DNA from: Camelus dromedarius
Lineage: Eukaryota
Assembly (NCBI RefSeq): GCF_036321535.1
Contig: NC_087472.1
Coordinates: 95,420,001 to 95,484,000 of the forward strand
DNA length: 64,000 nt
Reading direction: 5' to 3'
Of the stretch, positions 50,724 through 64,000 are shown piece by piece. Position numbers and translations under genes: made by a program. How positions within the stretch are numbered: the stretch's first letter is position 1; the number at the start of each line of letters is the position of its first letter. The notes under the pieces were generated by a model. That model made no database searches and had not been told where the DNA came from. It worked only from the letters and a program-made list of their open reading frames with translations.

Positions 50724-52632
50724 AGAAGCCTACAATTTTTCAAAGAAGAAGCTTACAATTCTTGTATCTTAGTTTTAAAAATACAGTGTCATCATTATTC
50801 AATTACTCATTTGATGCTGAATCACATTTTAATAAATACATTTTCAACATGAGGCACTGTGCTTACCATTCGGGATGAAAGAAAATAAAATGGTGCTTAA
50901 GAAACTCATTGGGGCTTCACATGTTCACACTAATCTTGGAGACAGACCTAAGTAAATAATTAGAATTATTTGTATTCATACAATTATAATAAACACCACA
51001 AATACCTGAAACAATTGTTACAAACCAGTTCTTCCGGAGAAACTGGGAGAAAGGTGAGAGAGAACATTTAAGTTGGAGTTTGGAGTAGAAGTAGGAGTTT
51101 TTTAGGTAAATGAAACAGTACATAAATAGGCAGAGAGGTAAGAAAGAGCACTGCATAATCAGAAAATTTTTGTCAAAATACATAGCTAGAATGTAGGCTG
51201 TGAAATGAGCAGTGACAGATGCAGGTGGTGAAAGAGGACAGGGTCAGATTGTGAAGGGCCTGTTTAATCAGGTTCAATGGGGGGTCCACTGGAAATGGTT
51301 TTTAGATGAGGGTTTATACAGTCAATGGGCTGAATATCAAGTAGAAGATGAAAAGTCAGAATCATCCCTGCTAAATGTAGCACTGCTCCCATGAGCAAAT
51401 ACACTTGTTTTCTAAAGATTTATTATATAAAATTATTTCCAAAAAAGTACTAAGGGGCAAAAATAAAAGAGCTGACAATAGGAAAAAAATAGTTTGATGT
51501 AAACAGAGACTTGAAAAAGCACTTTAGACCAATGCCTCCTCTATGACAACATGCCTGGGTTAGGCTGTTGGAGGAACTGGAGAGAAGCACGGACGAAAGC
51601 CTAATTACATCAGCCACGGCCATCCTAGACTAGCCACCCCCAATATCAAGACCACAGTCAGTGCAGGGGGCACTATAGTAGGGCATAGATACTGAGAGGC
51701 ATGGAAATTAGGGCCTGAAATCTAATCAATCTACCAAAGTCTCCAAATAAATAAAAAAGAACAAAATTGAATTGTAATGTTTTACCCTGTGACTCACAGA
51801 TTTAACTTAGGAACATAACCAACTCACTTCAATTACAGAAGAATTCAATCTCAACTCTAACTTTCAGACAAGGAAGATCAACATCTACCTCTTTATTTGG
51901 CAAGGATAATATTGTTTCTGTTTCTAGTACCCTATCAGTCTCATGTCCTAGGGTAATTCTTATGTGCATCTACTTACTAATAATACAATTCACTGCACAC
52001 TAACTCCATGCTGTTTTCTGTACAATAGCCATTTGATGCTCACAACAACCTCATGAGGTAGTATCATTGGCTCCACTTTTCAGATGAAAAAATCTTGTCT
52101 TTGTAATAACAAATAAGCTGCCCAAGTATACAAAACCCAAACAAACAAACTGGCAGAGCTTGAACTTGAACTCAGGTCTTAACCCTTACACAAAACTGTG
52201 TCTATCTGGCATGAAGAATGCTCTGTTTCTGACCCACTCATGAAATGTCAGGTCAAGCATATTCAGTGCTTGACAATCCCATCAGGCATGTCTTCCTTCT
52301 CAAATGGTTCCCACTGTTGGAACTCCAACCCTTCTGATTCTTATTACATGAAAGAACAAATCAGCATGTGTATAATAGAGAGCATTTCAGAATCAGGACG
52401 GAATGGAAACAAACTCTGTATCTGCAAATATCCAAAATAAGTTACAAGATATTTCTAAAATATAACTGTCTGTAAAAATGAAAACATGATAAAAAAAAAT
52501 TAGGAAGACTTGACTGACTTTAAAAAAAATCACTCTACTGAAAAAAGAAGTTCAATAACAAAAAAATTATAAAATTTAGTTAAGATACAAACTATTCTCT
52601 GAATCTTATACATTAAAAAGAGAGAACATTTA

Positions 52633-52776
52633 GAGGGAGATATAGCTCAGTGGTAGAGTGCATGGTTAGCATGCATGAGGTCCTGGGTTCAATCCCCAGT
52701 ACCTCCATTAAAATAAATAAATAAACCTAATTACCTCCCTGACAAAAAAACAAAACAAAACAAAACTTTGTTTAAC
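52633..52776 (+). mobile_element. tRNA-derived SINE (Vic-1-like)
   Basis: tatagctcagtggtagag...gtcctgggttcaatccccagtacctcc. TSD AGAGAACATTTA at 52621-52632 and 52777-52788. Confidence 0.93.
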
Positions 52777-54039
52777 AGAGAACATTTAATCCCATCAAAT
52801 TACAGACGCCTATGTGTATATTTTCCTTTGCAGTGCATATGTGAATTAGAGAAGATTTGTTTACTGCTGTACATCAATAAATAAATATAATTGTCTTACA
52901 GAGGTTTGCCCTGTTTGACATAGTTAGGTTATATAGCCGCTATGTCCAAACAGACATTGCTCTGTTACCTTCTCCCACTTTTGGTGTAGAGAGATGCCCT
53001 GATTTTTGTCAGTTGGCAGCAACCTTATCTTGAAGGTCTCAGTGTCCTTCAATCAAAATGTTACATGAACTCTCTATTTTCCTGAGTCATCTCTGATTAG
53101 GAATTAATTTGAATTTTCTGTGACCTCTATCAAGAGGATAATTCTCTCTTTCAGTGATGTTATTGTTCTCAAATGAAATGCTCTGGACTTAAAGACACAA
53201 GAATATTTTAGTTCACAAGCCTAGACCTTGGTATGTAAACATGTAAAATTGAATTCTTAGGGACTGGGTGGTACATACATAAAGAGAAATGTGAATTGGG
53301 GGTTAACAAAGGTGGCAAACAAGTTAATGAGAAAATAAAGGAAAAACATTGTGTTTCTTCCCTTCTCAGTCTCATCATTAAATTGGCAGTGCTGTTGTCT
53401 CCCAGGTACTCTGGGTAGTTTAGTCTTTGTGATGAGGTTGCTCTGATTTTGCAGTTGAGTTTAGATAGACTAGGTATTAAGCAACACAAAGTTCTTCGAA
53501 AAACAGGGCATATCTCTGTACTCCTGGGAGAACATAGGCAGAACTTTATAATCGCTTGCTAATTACCCTGAGTAAAGTAATTTGTTTTATCTGTCTGCCA
53601 TTTGGTTTCCTGCAAAGTGCGAAAAAAAACTATTATGGGATTTTGCTCAAACTAATTACTACTATTTTATCATGAAGACTGTTCAAGCGTAATCCTCTTT
53701 CCTTGGCGTGCTTTCTCGTTGAATTTAAAGTCTTCTGGTAAGCTGAGAAGTAGTTTAAACATCTTAGACTGTAATAGAGATTCCTGATTTTTGGCCTCCC
53801 ACTCTAATAACATGCAGCGATACCTCAGTCCTCTAAGTCAACAGCTGCTAACAAGTGTTGCATACAGCTTTTCTTGGTAGAAGGTTATGGAATAGGTCAA
53901 TATCAAAAGAAACCTTGCTCAAATTTATGACAGAGAACTGGTAAGTGTCAGAGTTACACAGTGCCTTATAATTAACAAACAGTTGTCATCTACATAATTT
54001 CACAGGCTCTGACCAATCGTCATGTGAGGTAGTATGCTA

Positions 54040-54455
54040 GATTAGATTATTGTTCATAAAGTATTCACTCCCTGCCCCATCCCACATCAGAGAAAGAGGA
54101 ATTCCTCATGCCATCGATACTGAGCTTGTGACTTGCTTTAGTCCATGGGATATTAACAAAACCAAAGGGATATGACACAACCAAAGGCTTGAAATGTGCT
54201 TGCACCATTAGGGTATTCCCATTGCCGTGAGAAGAACGCGTGGTAGGAAGCTGGTCTCAGAAGAATGAAAGACATATGGAGCAGACCATTTTCATGGAAT
54301 GAAAGCAACATGGAGCCTGGAGGCAAGCCCAGCTGAGCCCAGCACAGATCAGCTTTGCCCCACCAACCTGTGGACACGTAAAGCTGGAAAAATGTGTATT
54401 GCCGTAAACCTTAGAAATACTGTGGTTGCTTGTTACACAACAAAAGCTGACTGAA
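54040..54455 (+). mobile_element. MLT1(G/H)-type MaLR LTR
   Basis: cttgtgacttgctttagtccatggga...gaagaatgaaagacatatggagcagac...ggttgcttgttacacaaca. Confidence 0.65.
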
Positions 54456-56109
54456 AACCCAACGTCATTATTCCTACTTTGCAAAAAATGAGAAAAGAAG
54501 ACTCAGAAGTCATGTGCTCAGTTTTCCAATTACAGAGCTGTAACTGCCTATCTGAAAAGTAAAAGCAAAATAAAGGTCAAGGACATTTATGAAGCTGTGT
54601 CGGATATGTGTTTGATGCCAATAAAAGAGAAATCTACATGTTGCTACATGAAAAATAACATATATAAAGCCTGTTTTCCCTTTTGTCTTATCTATTCAGG
54701 ACGAGTTCTAAACACTGATGGCTTTCAGAATGGATACTGACAGTCTCAGTCACAATATTAATGAGATATATTGGCTAATAGAAACCCTGAAGTTGTATTT
54801 TCTTTCTCGAGCCCATTAAGATGAAATCCAGCTCTGGCAGTATTCTCTCATTTGAATGGCTGGTGTGGTTTCCTTGATTGAAATGACTGCTCTGTTGAGT
54901 TGAATGAATGGCACTGCTAAAAAGTACACTTTCAAATATTGATAGCTAATTAGATGGATTTTATCATAATAGTGAACTGCACTCACACAAAAAAAGAAGA
55001 GCTATTAAAGATCTTGACAAGAAAATAAACTGAGCCCCAGAACCTCACTGTTTATTCAAAGCTCATTTCTAAGTTTAGTGCTCAAAGTAGGACGATTTAT
55101 TTTTAAAAAACCAGTGAATGATAAACCCAAGGGATTATGTGCATATTTTAAGAAAAATCAGTACTAAGGTTAAGTCTATTACAGAATTCCTAGGATTCTC
55201 GACCAATCAGCTATTTAGAAGCTCCAGATTTTCCTAATTGGTCTGGCTGTTAATTTTTAAGAATAACCTGAGAAAGTCTGTCTAGTAAAGAAGTGGCCCA
55301 AGGACAAAGAAAAAATTGCCTTGACAGACAAAGATGTCCATATTGGGTGAAGTTTGAGGAACCAAGGCAAAGATAAAGAGTAAAATTGAACACAAATCAG
55401 GAATATACTAAATTAGTCTGAACATGAGAATGAGAAAAAGGACAATGAAAGAACTTCAGTGATTTCAGAAGAAATTACCATGGTGCCTTTCGTGGAAGAC
55501 CGGCCCAGAACTAACGTTAACAAGTATCAGGGACAGTAATGAGGACAGGCCAGGAGCAGGGACACCAGCACTATGGGGTGGGAAAGCGGGCTGGTTGATA
55601 TTGAGACTACTTAATATCTGTTCTCATAAAATTTGACTCAAGCTAGCATAAACAATAATAGCATAAATACCTCTTACCCTGCCCACTACACTAGACTGAG
55701 AGGAGTGAAAAGCAGCAACGTCAAAAAATATATTAACTCATTAAGACATTGAGATGGTTCAGGTTGACACTGCTGCTTCCTCACAGATGCATGAATCATT
55801 CTTGGCAAATGCTCACAGCTTATTTAGCTAATTTCTAAGATCCCTTTCAACACTCCTTTATTTACCTTGTTTCTCTTTACCCTGTGGACTTTCCTGTATG
55901 CTGACACCTTTTCCAAAGGCTAAACAGGAATGGAAACAATGCAATTTAACAAAACATTGAGGATGGCTTAGTCCATATGATGTAACAACATTAGCTACCA
56001 TAGGTTGACTATTAGATGCTCCAAGAAAATTGCTTGATAGTCAAGGAAGAGCAAAATATAGTGTTGTGCATAACCCCAAAAAGCTTACAACCTAACAGAG
56101 AGACTCTAA

Positions 56110-56480
56110 TGATAATAATTGATTAAGCAGTTACTATATATCAATCACTGTTCTAAACACTTTACTTGTGTGTATTAGTTCTTGTCATCCTCATAAAAAA
56201 CCCTATGACATGGGAGCTATTATTATCTCCATTTGATAGTTGAAGAAAGTGAAACCCCTAGAGGTTTAAGTAACATACAGAAGTTCATACAAGTTCACAG
56301 AGTCTGTTATATGAGAACACAGCACGCAGGCCACCATCTGCAGGCCAGGAAGAGAGCCCCCAGGAAGCAAGTCAGCCAGCACCTTAGACTTCCAGCCTCC
56401 AGAATACTGACAAAAATAGACTCTGCTGTTTTAGCAACATAGTCTGTGAAATTTTATTACGGTAGCCTGAGCAGACTAAC
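56110..56480. mobile_element. MIR (antisense) followed by an MLT1 3' fragment
   Basis: aaccctatgacatggg...tattattatctccattt; ggccaccatctgcaggccaggaagagag...gacttccagcctccagaa. Confidence 0.6.
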
Positions 56481-57961
56481 ACCACACCAACACTAAACAT
56501 AACCTAGAGATTACCTTTCAAAAGTGGTGCTTTAGGCATGTCATTTTTCTCCTCAAGAACATACATTTGGCTGATGTGATTGTCTACTCCTGTGTGAATA
56601 CAATGCTGTCCAAATTACAGTCAATAGTCAGCATCCAAGGTTTTCCATAATCTCAGTATTTCTAACTTTAACTATTTCCAAACACTAACAAAAGTTAGGT
56701 GCTTGGCTCCCGCTGCCTGAATACACCTGGCTCATCCCCACAACTCTGCCCAGAAGTGTCAAGCACATTCTCATCTTTTTTTGGTCTATTTTAAAAATCC
56801 TTCTTCTTCCTTATAACTTTAGTCATCTCTGACAGCCTACACTAACTTCTTCCTCTGAATCAAACCTACTGCTTACATTACTTGTTTTGCACTAAATATG
56901 TCCGTATTGAAATAAACCAAGTATGTCTTCAAATATTTTTGGGGTCCACTAGCCATGGTTAATTAAGACACAAAACAGAAAAATAAAGTTGATTTTTGCT
57001 ACAGGAACAATGAAAAATACCTCATTATCTAGAAATATCTTCATTTATCAAAATAAATGGGATCTATAGAATAAATGAATAACAAAAAACTCTGAAAACC
57101 AGCATATTTTTACAGGAAAACTGAATATATATAAATATTATAAATATATATTTGACATATATGCCAAGTATTTCCAAATTAACTTACAGTAATGGAACAG
57201 TATCAGAATCCCAATATGATTATTTAAATCTTGATCAAAATTAGTCCAAATTTTAGCAAGCATAGAAGAGCTTAAAATAGCTAACAAAATTTGGGGGAAA
57301 GAAAAAGTTATAGGGGAAATACCTAGATTAAGTATTAGACATACAGATTACAATAATTAATACAGTATTGTATTGGCATAAGAATAAATCACATAAACAT
57401 AGACTAGCTTATGAACAGATATTAGTCTATAAAAGACTTCAATATTTAGAAAGATTGTAAGTCAATGGAAAAGATGGACATAATTGAATATATTTTTTAA
57501 AATATTGACTCCTAGGAAATAATCAATATACTTATAAAATTAAATTACAGATGAACTATATAGTTAACTCTAAAAACTGAAACCTTAAAAAAAGGTGAAA
57601 ATAGAGTAAATATATGTACTTTGTGCGAAAAAGTCATTTCTAAGCCTGAAAGCAATCGAATAAGTAGAATAGATTTGATTGCACATAAAAGAAAAGTCTC
57701 TATATTTAAAATATTAGAAGCAAAATTTAAAGGCAAAAAGAAAAGCAAATCAGTGAAACATCTTTGAATCAACTATGGCAAGGGACTACTAGTCTTACTC
57801 TAGGGGGGCTCAAACAATAGGCAGAATGGTGGTAGGAAACACACCCAAATGTTAACAGGGCTTCATCTCTGGATGTTTTTCTTTCCCTCCTCTAACTTTA
57901 TGTCTATCTAAAAATCTCATCAGTAAACAAAATGACTTTCATCATTAGAAAAAAGTGATTA

Positions 57962-58497
57962 CTATATACAATAGCCAAGACATGGAAGCAACCTAAATGT
58001 CCATTGACAGATGACTGGATAAAGAAGTTGTGGTATATTTATATAATGGGATACTATTCAGCCATAAAAAAGGATAAAACAATGCCATTTGCAGCAACAT
58101 GGATGGACCCAGAGATCATTATTCTAAGTGAAGTAAGCCAGAAAGAGAAAGAAAAATACCGTATGATATCACTTATTTGTGGAGTCTAAAAGAAAGACGC
58201 AAATGAACTTATTTACAAAACAGAAAGAGACTCATACAGAAAACAAATTAATGGTTACCAAAGGGGAAGGAGGGGTGGATAAATTAGGAGTCTAGGACTT
58301 GCAGATACTAACTACTATATATATAGATAAACAACAAACTTCTGTATAGCACAGGAAACTATATCAATATCTTGTAGTAACCTATAATGAAAAAGGATAT
58401 GAAAACAAATACATGTATGCATATGTATGACAAACATTATGCTGTACACCAGAAATTGACACATCATTAACTGACTATACTTCGATAAAAAAAAGTT
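57962..58497 (+). mobile_element. 5'-truncated young L1 with canonical 3' end
   Basis: caatagccaagacatggaagcaacctaaatg...cttgcagatactaactac...ctgactatacttc and poly-A. TSD AAAAAGTGATTA at 57950-57961 and 58498-58509. Confidence 0.93.
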
Positions 58498-59859
58498 AAA
58501 AAGTGATTAGAAGAAAGGAGAAGGAAAATAGAAGTGAGAGAAAGAAATTGCCAATAAGGTTCTGATTAGCAGAGAAAGGTTGTTTGGGGTTAAAAATTCA
58601 CCATAGATTTTTAAAATAGAAGACAAGTGATCCAAGAATTAATGTGTAAGTGACAGCAAAGGGCTCTCTCCTGGAATGTGGGTTACTTAGTGTCTGATTC
58701 TGGAAGGGGCTCTGGTCAAAAGGACAAAGCCAAAGGAAAAGAACTTTGGAAAATATTAAAAGCAAAAGCAATTTCATAAAGTATAATATACTGCTCAATT
58801 ATGTACTCTTAGACTGAATAAAATGCTACAATCCAATTGAAAGCTCTCTCCTTCCATCTCATGGTTTATGTATAGTCACAAAAGTCTACAATTGAATTAC
58901 TGTGTCAGTATTCATTTTTGGATAATAGATCGATAATGTTAATACATATAAAATCAGGGTAATTTTAAAGGAGAAAATCCTATTTTCAACTTGGAGCATG
59001 TATCAGCAGACAATCAGAAGCTGGAATCAAGAACTTATTGTCTGTACCCTGCTTAAAATAATCTGTGTCAAAAACTAAGTGCCATTGGATTTGAAGTTTG
59101 AATAGAGTAACATTTAATCAATCACTCTAACAATTAATTATAAATAGATTAACTTGCACCTTTGTCATATGGAGGAGTCAGTGCAAGAAACTAATTATTT
59201 CCCCATCTCGAAGAGCTTTCAGGCCATTTAAGGTCACAGGGAAGTAAACTGGCAATGACAACATGGTGTCATAAGGCTTGGGATGGAGGCATGTAGAGAG
59301 CTTGGACCGTATACAAGGATCATTTATCTCAAATATGAGAAATCAGAAAACAACTTTCTGAAAGAATATACTTTTAAGCTGACACCTGAAAGAGCGTAAA
59401 AGTTGACCAAATTTATATGGAAAAGAAAAAGTTAAAGGCAGAGGGGAAATGTATGGGCTCAGAGGTCACAGAAAGCACATATGGTTGCTGAGCATAGAAA
59501 GTGAAGGGAGAGCAAAGCGGAAATCAGCTGGAAGAGCTGAATCGGGTTAAGGAGTTTGGATTTCCCCTGAGGGTAACGGAAAACCATTTACACAGGAGTG
59601 GGAAGGCTGATATGATCAGGTTTCCATATTTCAGAAATCATCTTGGCTGTTACATAGAGGGAAAAAAATAGAGAGGGGCAGCTAGAGTCAGTGGGTTCAG
59701 CTAAGCAATTGGTACAAGGAGATAAGATGGTGACCTAAGCCAGAATAAAACGCTGGAGGATGGAAAGACGTCAACAAATTTTAGAAGCATTTAGGGGCCA
59801 GGATCTTTAAGACCTAGTGACTGGATATGGGGACAACAGAGTCTTTGAATATCTGTAGA

Positions 59860-60480
59860 ATCTTACATCATCTAATTTATTGGTATAATTTTTCATAAAA
59901 TGCCTTTATCCTTTTGATATCTGTGGTGGTACCCACTCTCACTTCTGATCCTGTGATTGGTGTTTTCTCCTGGTTTCCTCATGAGTCTGGCTAGAGGTTT
60001 ATCAATTTTATTGATCTTCACAAAAAATTACCTTTTGGTTTCATTGATTTTTTTCTCCTTTTATTTGGTTTTCTGTCATTGATTTCTACTCTGATCCTTA
60101 TTTGTTTCTTTTGCTTATTGCTGGAGTCATTTGCTCTTCTTTTTCTATTGTTCTGCTTTTAAGCTTTATTCCTGGATATTAGAGCATCCTGTTAGTCTAG
60201 GGTTAATTTTTCTCCACTTATGAGTACTCTACCCAATTCTCATGAATTATGAGGTTTCCCACTCTGGGTTGTGGGAATAGTAACCATCCCTGTGAGCACT
60301 GAGGATTATTCTCTTTAATCTTTTCCAGTGACTCTTTCCCTGGCTTCCAGTAATTCCCACGCAAGCACACACTCACTGATCAATAGTCAACTGGAGACTC
60401 AAAGGGAGCCCTCTGCAGATTCTCTGGAGTTCTCTATCTGTGCCACCCTCCCCCCTCCCCTACTCTGTTCTGCATCCTCC
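59860..60480 (-). mobile_element. Old L1M fragments (antisense)
   Basis: agtctggctagaggtttatcaattttattgatctt...ggtttcattgatttt; gactcaaagggagccctctgcagat. Confidence 0.7.
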
Positions 60481-62849
60481 TAGAGGTGGGTAATGGGACT
60501 AGAGAGTTGAAAGACTGGATCGACCCTCTCTTAGCAAGTCCTGCACAGATGTACCCCTCTCTTTAGAATGTGTGAGTATGCATCACCACCCTACCCCCTC
60601 CTCTGAATTCTCAGATAAAATCAAAAAAAAAAAAAAAAAGAAGAAGAAGAAGAAAGAAAGAAAAATACCGATTTTCTTCCTGCATCAACTGCCTTTGGGT
60701 CAGGAGGATCCACCCTTGGCAGTAGGCAAAGAGGGAAGGTAAGGACCCGTCTCTTTGCACATTCCTCTGCTCTAGATTCAGCTTTTGTCTTAATAAGAGC
60801 AAAAAAAGAAGAATCTAGGGCCGCAACATGTCACCTTTTGGAAGAGTTACTTAGAGGACAGTATCAATACTGACTCCCACCTAGAGAAACCTATCTTCCT
60901 TCTAGGTAATTGGTTTGTAATCCCCGTGCGTAAAACAGAGTAAAACCCATTATTCTGGAGTTTCTCCAAATTGTGAGTAAATACAGGTTAATTTTTGCAG
61001 TTTGAAGTTGCAGACTATCAACAAATTCCATTACTTGAGGTAAAGGAGTGGCCCAAAAGGTAGATAATTTCCAAGTTATCTTGGGAATGCAGTTGATATA
61101 AAATCAACAGAAGCAAGTCCAACTATTTTTCCCTACCACCTTTGTTTTTGCCTAATTTAATTAACACCTGCTGTTTCCTGCTGAAGTGTTTGAAAACATC
61201 CTATGGTCATCAGGACTGCCCTTAGAGCAGCCAACCAGAACCCCTGCCCTGGGTTCTCACTTTCAAGGGACCAGCTTGGGCCTGCCTCTGGCCATGACCC
61301 TTTGTGCACTATGAGGAATCTGAAGGTCCAAGGGGACAGGTCCATTTGGAACCCATTCCATCCCCCAACCTGGGATACGGAAGACCTGGAATTCCCTGAA
61401 GTCTCCAATAGGTCACTTCCCGGAATCCAGTCTCCCCGAGGCTGGCACTGCTACATCACTCATGCCCCTAACCCTAAGGGCTTCAGAAGATGTGTGCACA
61501 GCCCCTCTTCCTAACTGACAAGCCAGGGGTGGGAAGTAAAGGCAACCTGATGAGTAAAGACCTCAGGTTTACTCTCTCGCTGCATGGAGCACACATTCCC
61601 AGAAAGCCCGGATGAGACACAGACCAGCCACCTGAAGAAATGACTAGAGCTGGTGAAGTCCAAAAGGTTACCACATATGCGCAGGATGAAGGAAAAACTG
61701 GGGACACCAGCAGGCTTCACCCCTTCATGCTACCCTTCTCTCTCCCCTCTCCTTTCCTCTCCCAGGTAGGAGGATGCTGAATATGGTGCCTACAACTTAC
61801 AAAACCAAACAGAAGGAACAGCAGCACCATGGGATCCCTGTTCCTCCTTCCCCTCAAGCTGCAGTGGCTGAAGTCTCCAACCTGAAAGGGAAATACAACA
61901 AACTCCAAAATATAAATCCATCATCTTCTTTTCAATCACCCCTTCCTATCTCCCCTTCTTAGTCACAGAGACAGCCAGGCTCATTGAGCCCTTCTGTGCT
62001 TAGCGCAGAGGAATGGCTGCAGACTGGGGATATGGGAGGCTGCTGGATTCCAATTAACTTCGCCACTTAACTTTGATTGCTGTGTTACTCTGGATGAACT
62101 CGCCGTTTATTACTAAATGGGGGTAAGGATCTCAAAGATTAATGATGGCACTGATTGTAGCTACACAATAGGACCCAGATGTTCCCATACTTATTGCTTC
62201 CTCTCCTTGACCCTCTTTCCTGCAATTATTAGAGAAAAAAACGCAAATATGGCATTTATGAAACCTGACACAAGCCCAGACTACTGAGATGGTCTGGGTC
62301 TAAACTCCAAATAACACTTTGCCTATATTCAGATTTCCTAAGTTACATAATACCATAACAGAGATTCTAAAAGGGGAAGGAAAAAAAAAGGCATGCTGTA
62401 TACCTGAAAGTGGGAATAGAGAAAAGTTGAAAACACATTGAACATGTGTAATTGTTTTATATCAAAGCCAAATTTTGATGAAAAAGATATATTCTGCTGT
62501 ATATCAAGTTCATGTATCACAAAATCAGTCATAGAAAATATTCCATACTGAGGGCTCTGCAAAGTACACACTATATACATATCTCATCCGTTTTTAGGCT
62601 AATTTTACTGGTCAGTCATCTCTTTCACAGTTTAGGAATTTAATCTATCACTTTCATCACTCTCAATTAATTTCCTACCTACCATAGAATTTTGGTTGGG
62701 AAATCTTAAAAGAACTCTGGTCCATCTAGAATTGCAATCAGATTTTATCGCAGCTCATCAAAGGTCTTACAAAACTAACAGATCAAAGACCAATTACACT
62801 GTAAACCTCCCAGTACACTGCAGGGGCAAGGAAGAAAGATGACTAGTTG

Positions 62850-63205
62850 TCCACAAATCTGGTTCCTTTTTTCTCCCTGTCTACCTGGCCCTCTTGCAGT
62901 TAGGCATGACTGTGTGATGAATTCTGGCAAATGAACTAAGTGGAAGAGAGTAGACGAGACATGTTTCCCTCTGGCACAGAGGCAGTGAGGGAGGCCTACA
63001 TCATCCTTCTTGGCTCCTGCCTGTCTTCAGCAAATGTGGAGCCATGTGTCGTGAAGGTGGAATCACAAGATGGTACCTGCCTGGATTTCTGAGTCACTTA
63101 CTGCTTGGAAGGAAGCTTCCCTGGAGAATCTCTAGAATGCCAACAGACTTTACGTGAGGAAGAAATAAGCTATTGGTGGGGGTGGTTACCATAGCATCAC
63201 CTATC
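62850..63205 (+). mobile_element. MLT1(J)-type MaLR LTR
   Basis: cttgcagttaggcatgactgtgtga...ttctggcaaatgaa...cctggatttctgagtcact...gtgaggaagaaataagc. Confidence 0.6.
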
Positions 63206-64000
63206 CTACCATAACTAGGAAGGCAGATTCTCAAAGTGAAGATATTTAATATATTAATATTAATGGTGATTTCATAAATGTAACCATCAGACCAAGAGAT
63301 CACTGAGTTGATGTGATAGCACATCTAATATTAACACACAGATATATAAAACTGTATTTTTATATCCCTAGTCCAAAAAAACTTTCTAAATTTATGATCA
63401 AATCTATGTAATATTTACCTTGTCTGAAATTTAATTTGAGGATCTACTAGTTAGAGTTACCCTAATTTTTGGCATCAGACATAAATCATTGAATTGTTGA
63501 ATCCTATTTTACCTAAAAATGAAAAAAAAAAAGAAAAACCAAAGACAATCTAATATATTATATTTTTCCTGCCCCAGGCCCACAAATATACCTTACCTCT
63601 TCACAAACACATCACACACAGGCACACAGGGTCAAAGAAACAGAGGCACAGTCCATTGTATGCTAGAGCTCTGCTAAGCACCAAGAATAGAGAGCTAAAT
63701 AAAACAGGATCACTACCCTCCAAGAGGAAGAAGGGGGAAGATCACACAAAAAATGATGGTGGAGTGTCATAAGATTTGTGATCCAGGTGATGGTGGGAGC
63801 TCAGTGGAAGGAGAAACTGATTCTACCCAGAGGAAGGTGAAGATGCCACCAAAGAAAAGGTGACACAAACTAAGGCACATGAGGGAGTAAGAATTTTCTA
63901 GGTGGACATGGAATAGATATGAATTCCAGGGAAAGGCACAGCACATACAAGCAATCAAGTCACAAAAGCTCGCCAAGTATTTAGAGACTTGCTGAAAAAT

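Noticed and set aside
46781..53187. Multi-UGA selenoprotein idea (six in-frame TGAs in two candidate exons)
   Set aside because: There is no resemblance to known mammalian selenoproteins and I saw no SECIS. The downstream candidate exon has TAG/TAA stops; chance or CpG decay explains the TGAs.
1..64000. CRISPR array, operon or other prokaryotic system
   Set aside because: The sequence is mammalian, with no regularly spaced repeat-spacer array and no long intact ORFs.

Overview
This is AT-rich, repeat-dense mammalian genomic DNA, most likely from a camelid (camel/alpaca). That call rests on seven tRNA-derived SINEs matching the camelid Vic-1 type and on artiodactyl-style L1 3' ends; I saw no Alu, Bov-tA or PRE-1. 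The only gene-derived sequence I can name is a processed RPL31 pseudogene (~36.3-36.7 kb). Most of the rest is transposon relics: L1, L2/MIR, MaLR and ERV solo LTRs (three with intact TSDs), and hAT DNA elements. A CpG-enriched, promoter-like zone lies at ~9.6-11 kb. Several candidate exons of an unidentified, possibly decayed minus-strand gene are present at low confidence. The most interesting signals are: (1) two L1 copies that switch to the same non-canonical 3' tail at the same breakpoint; (2) a young 285-bp solo LTR rich in promoter motifs; (3) a palindrome that is a splice donor on both strands; (4) clusters of AT-to-GC change inside ancient MaLR LTRs. Repeat family names come from recalled consensus sequences, not from a search. 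I found no convincing evidence of a new biological system.
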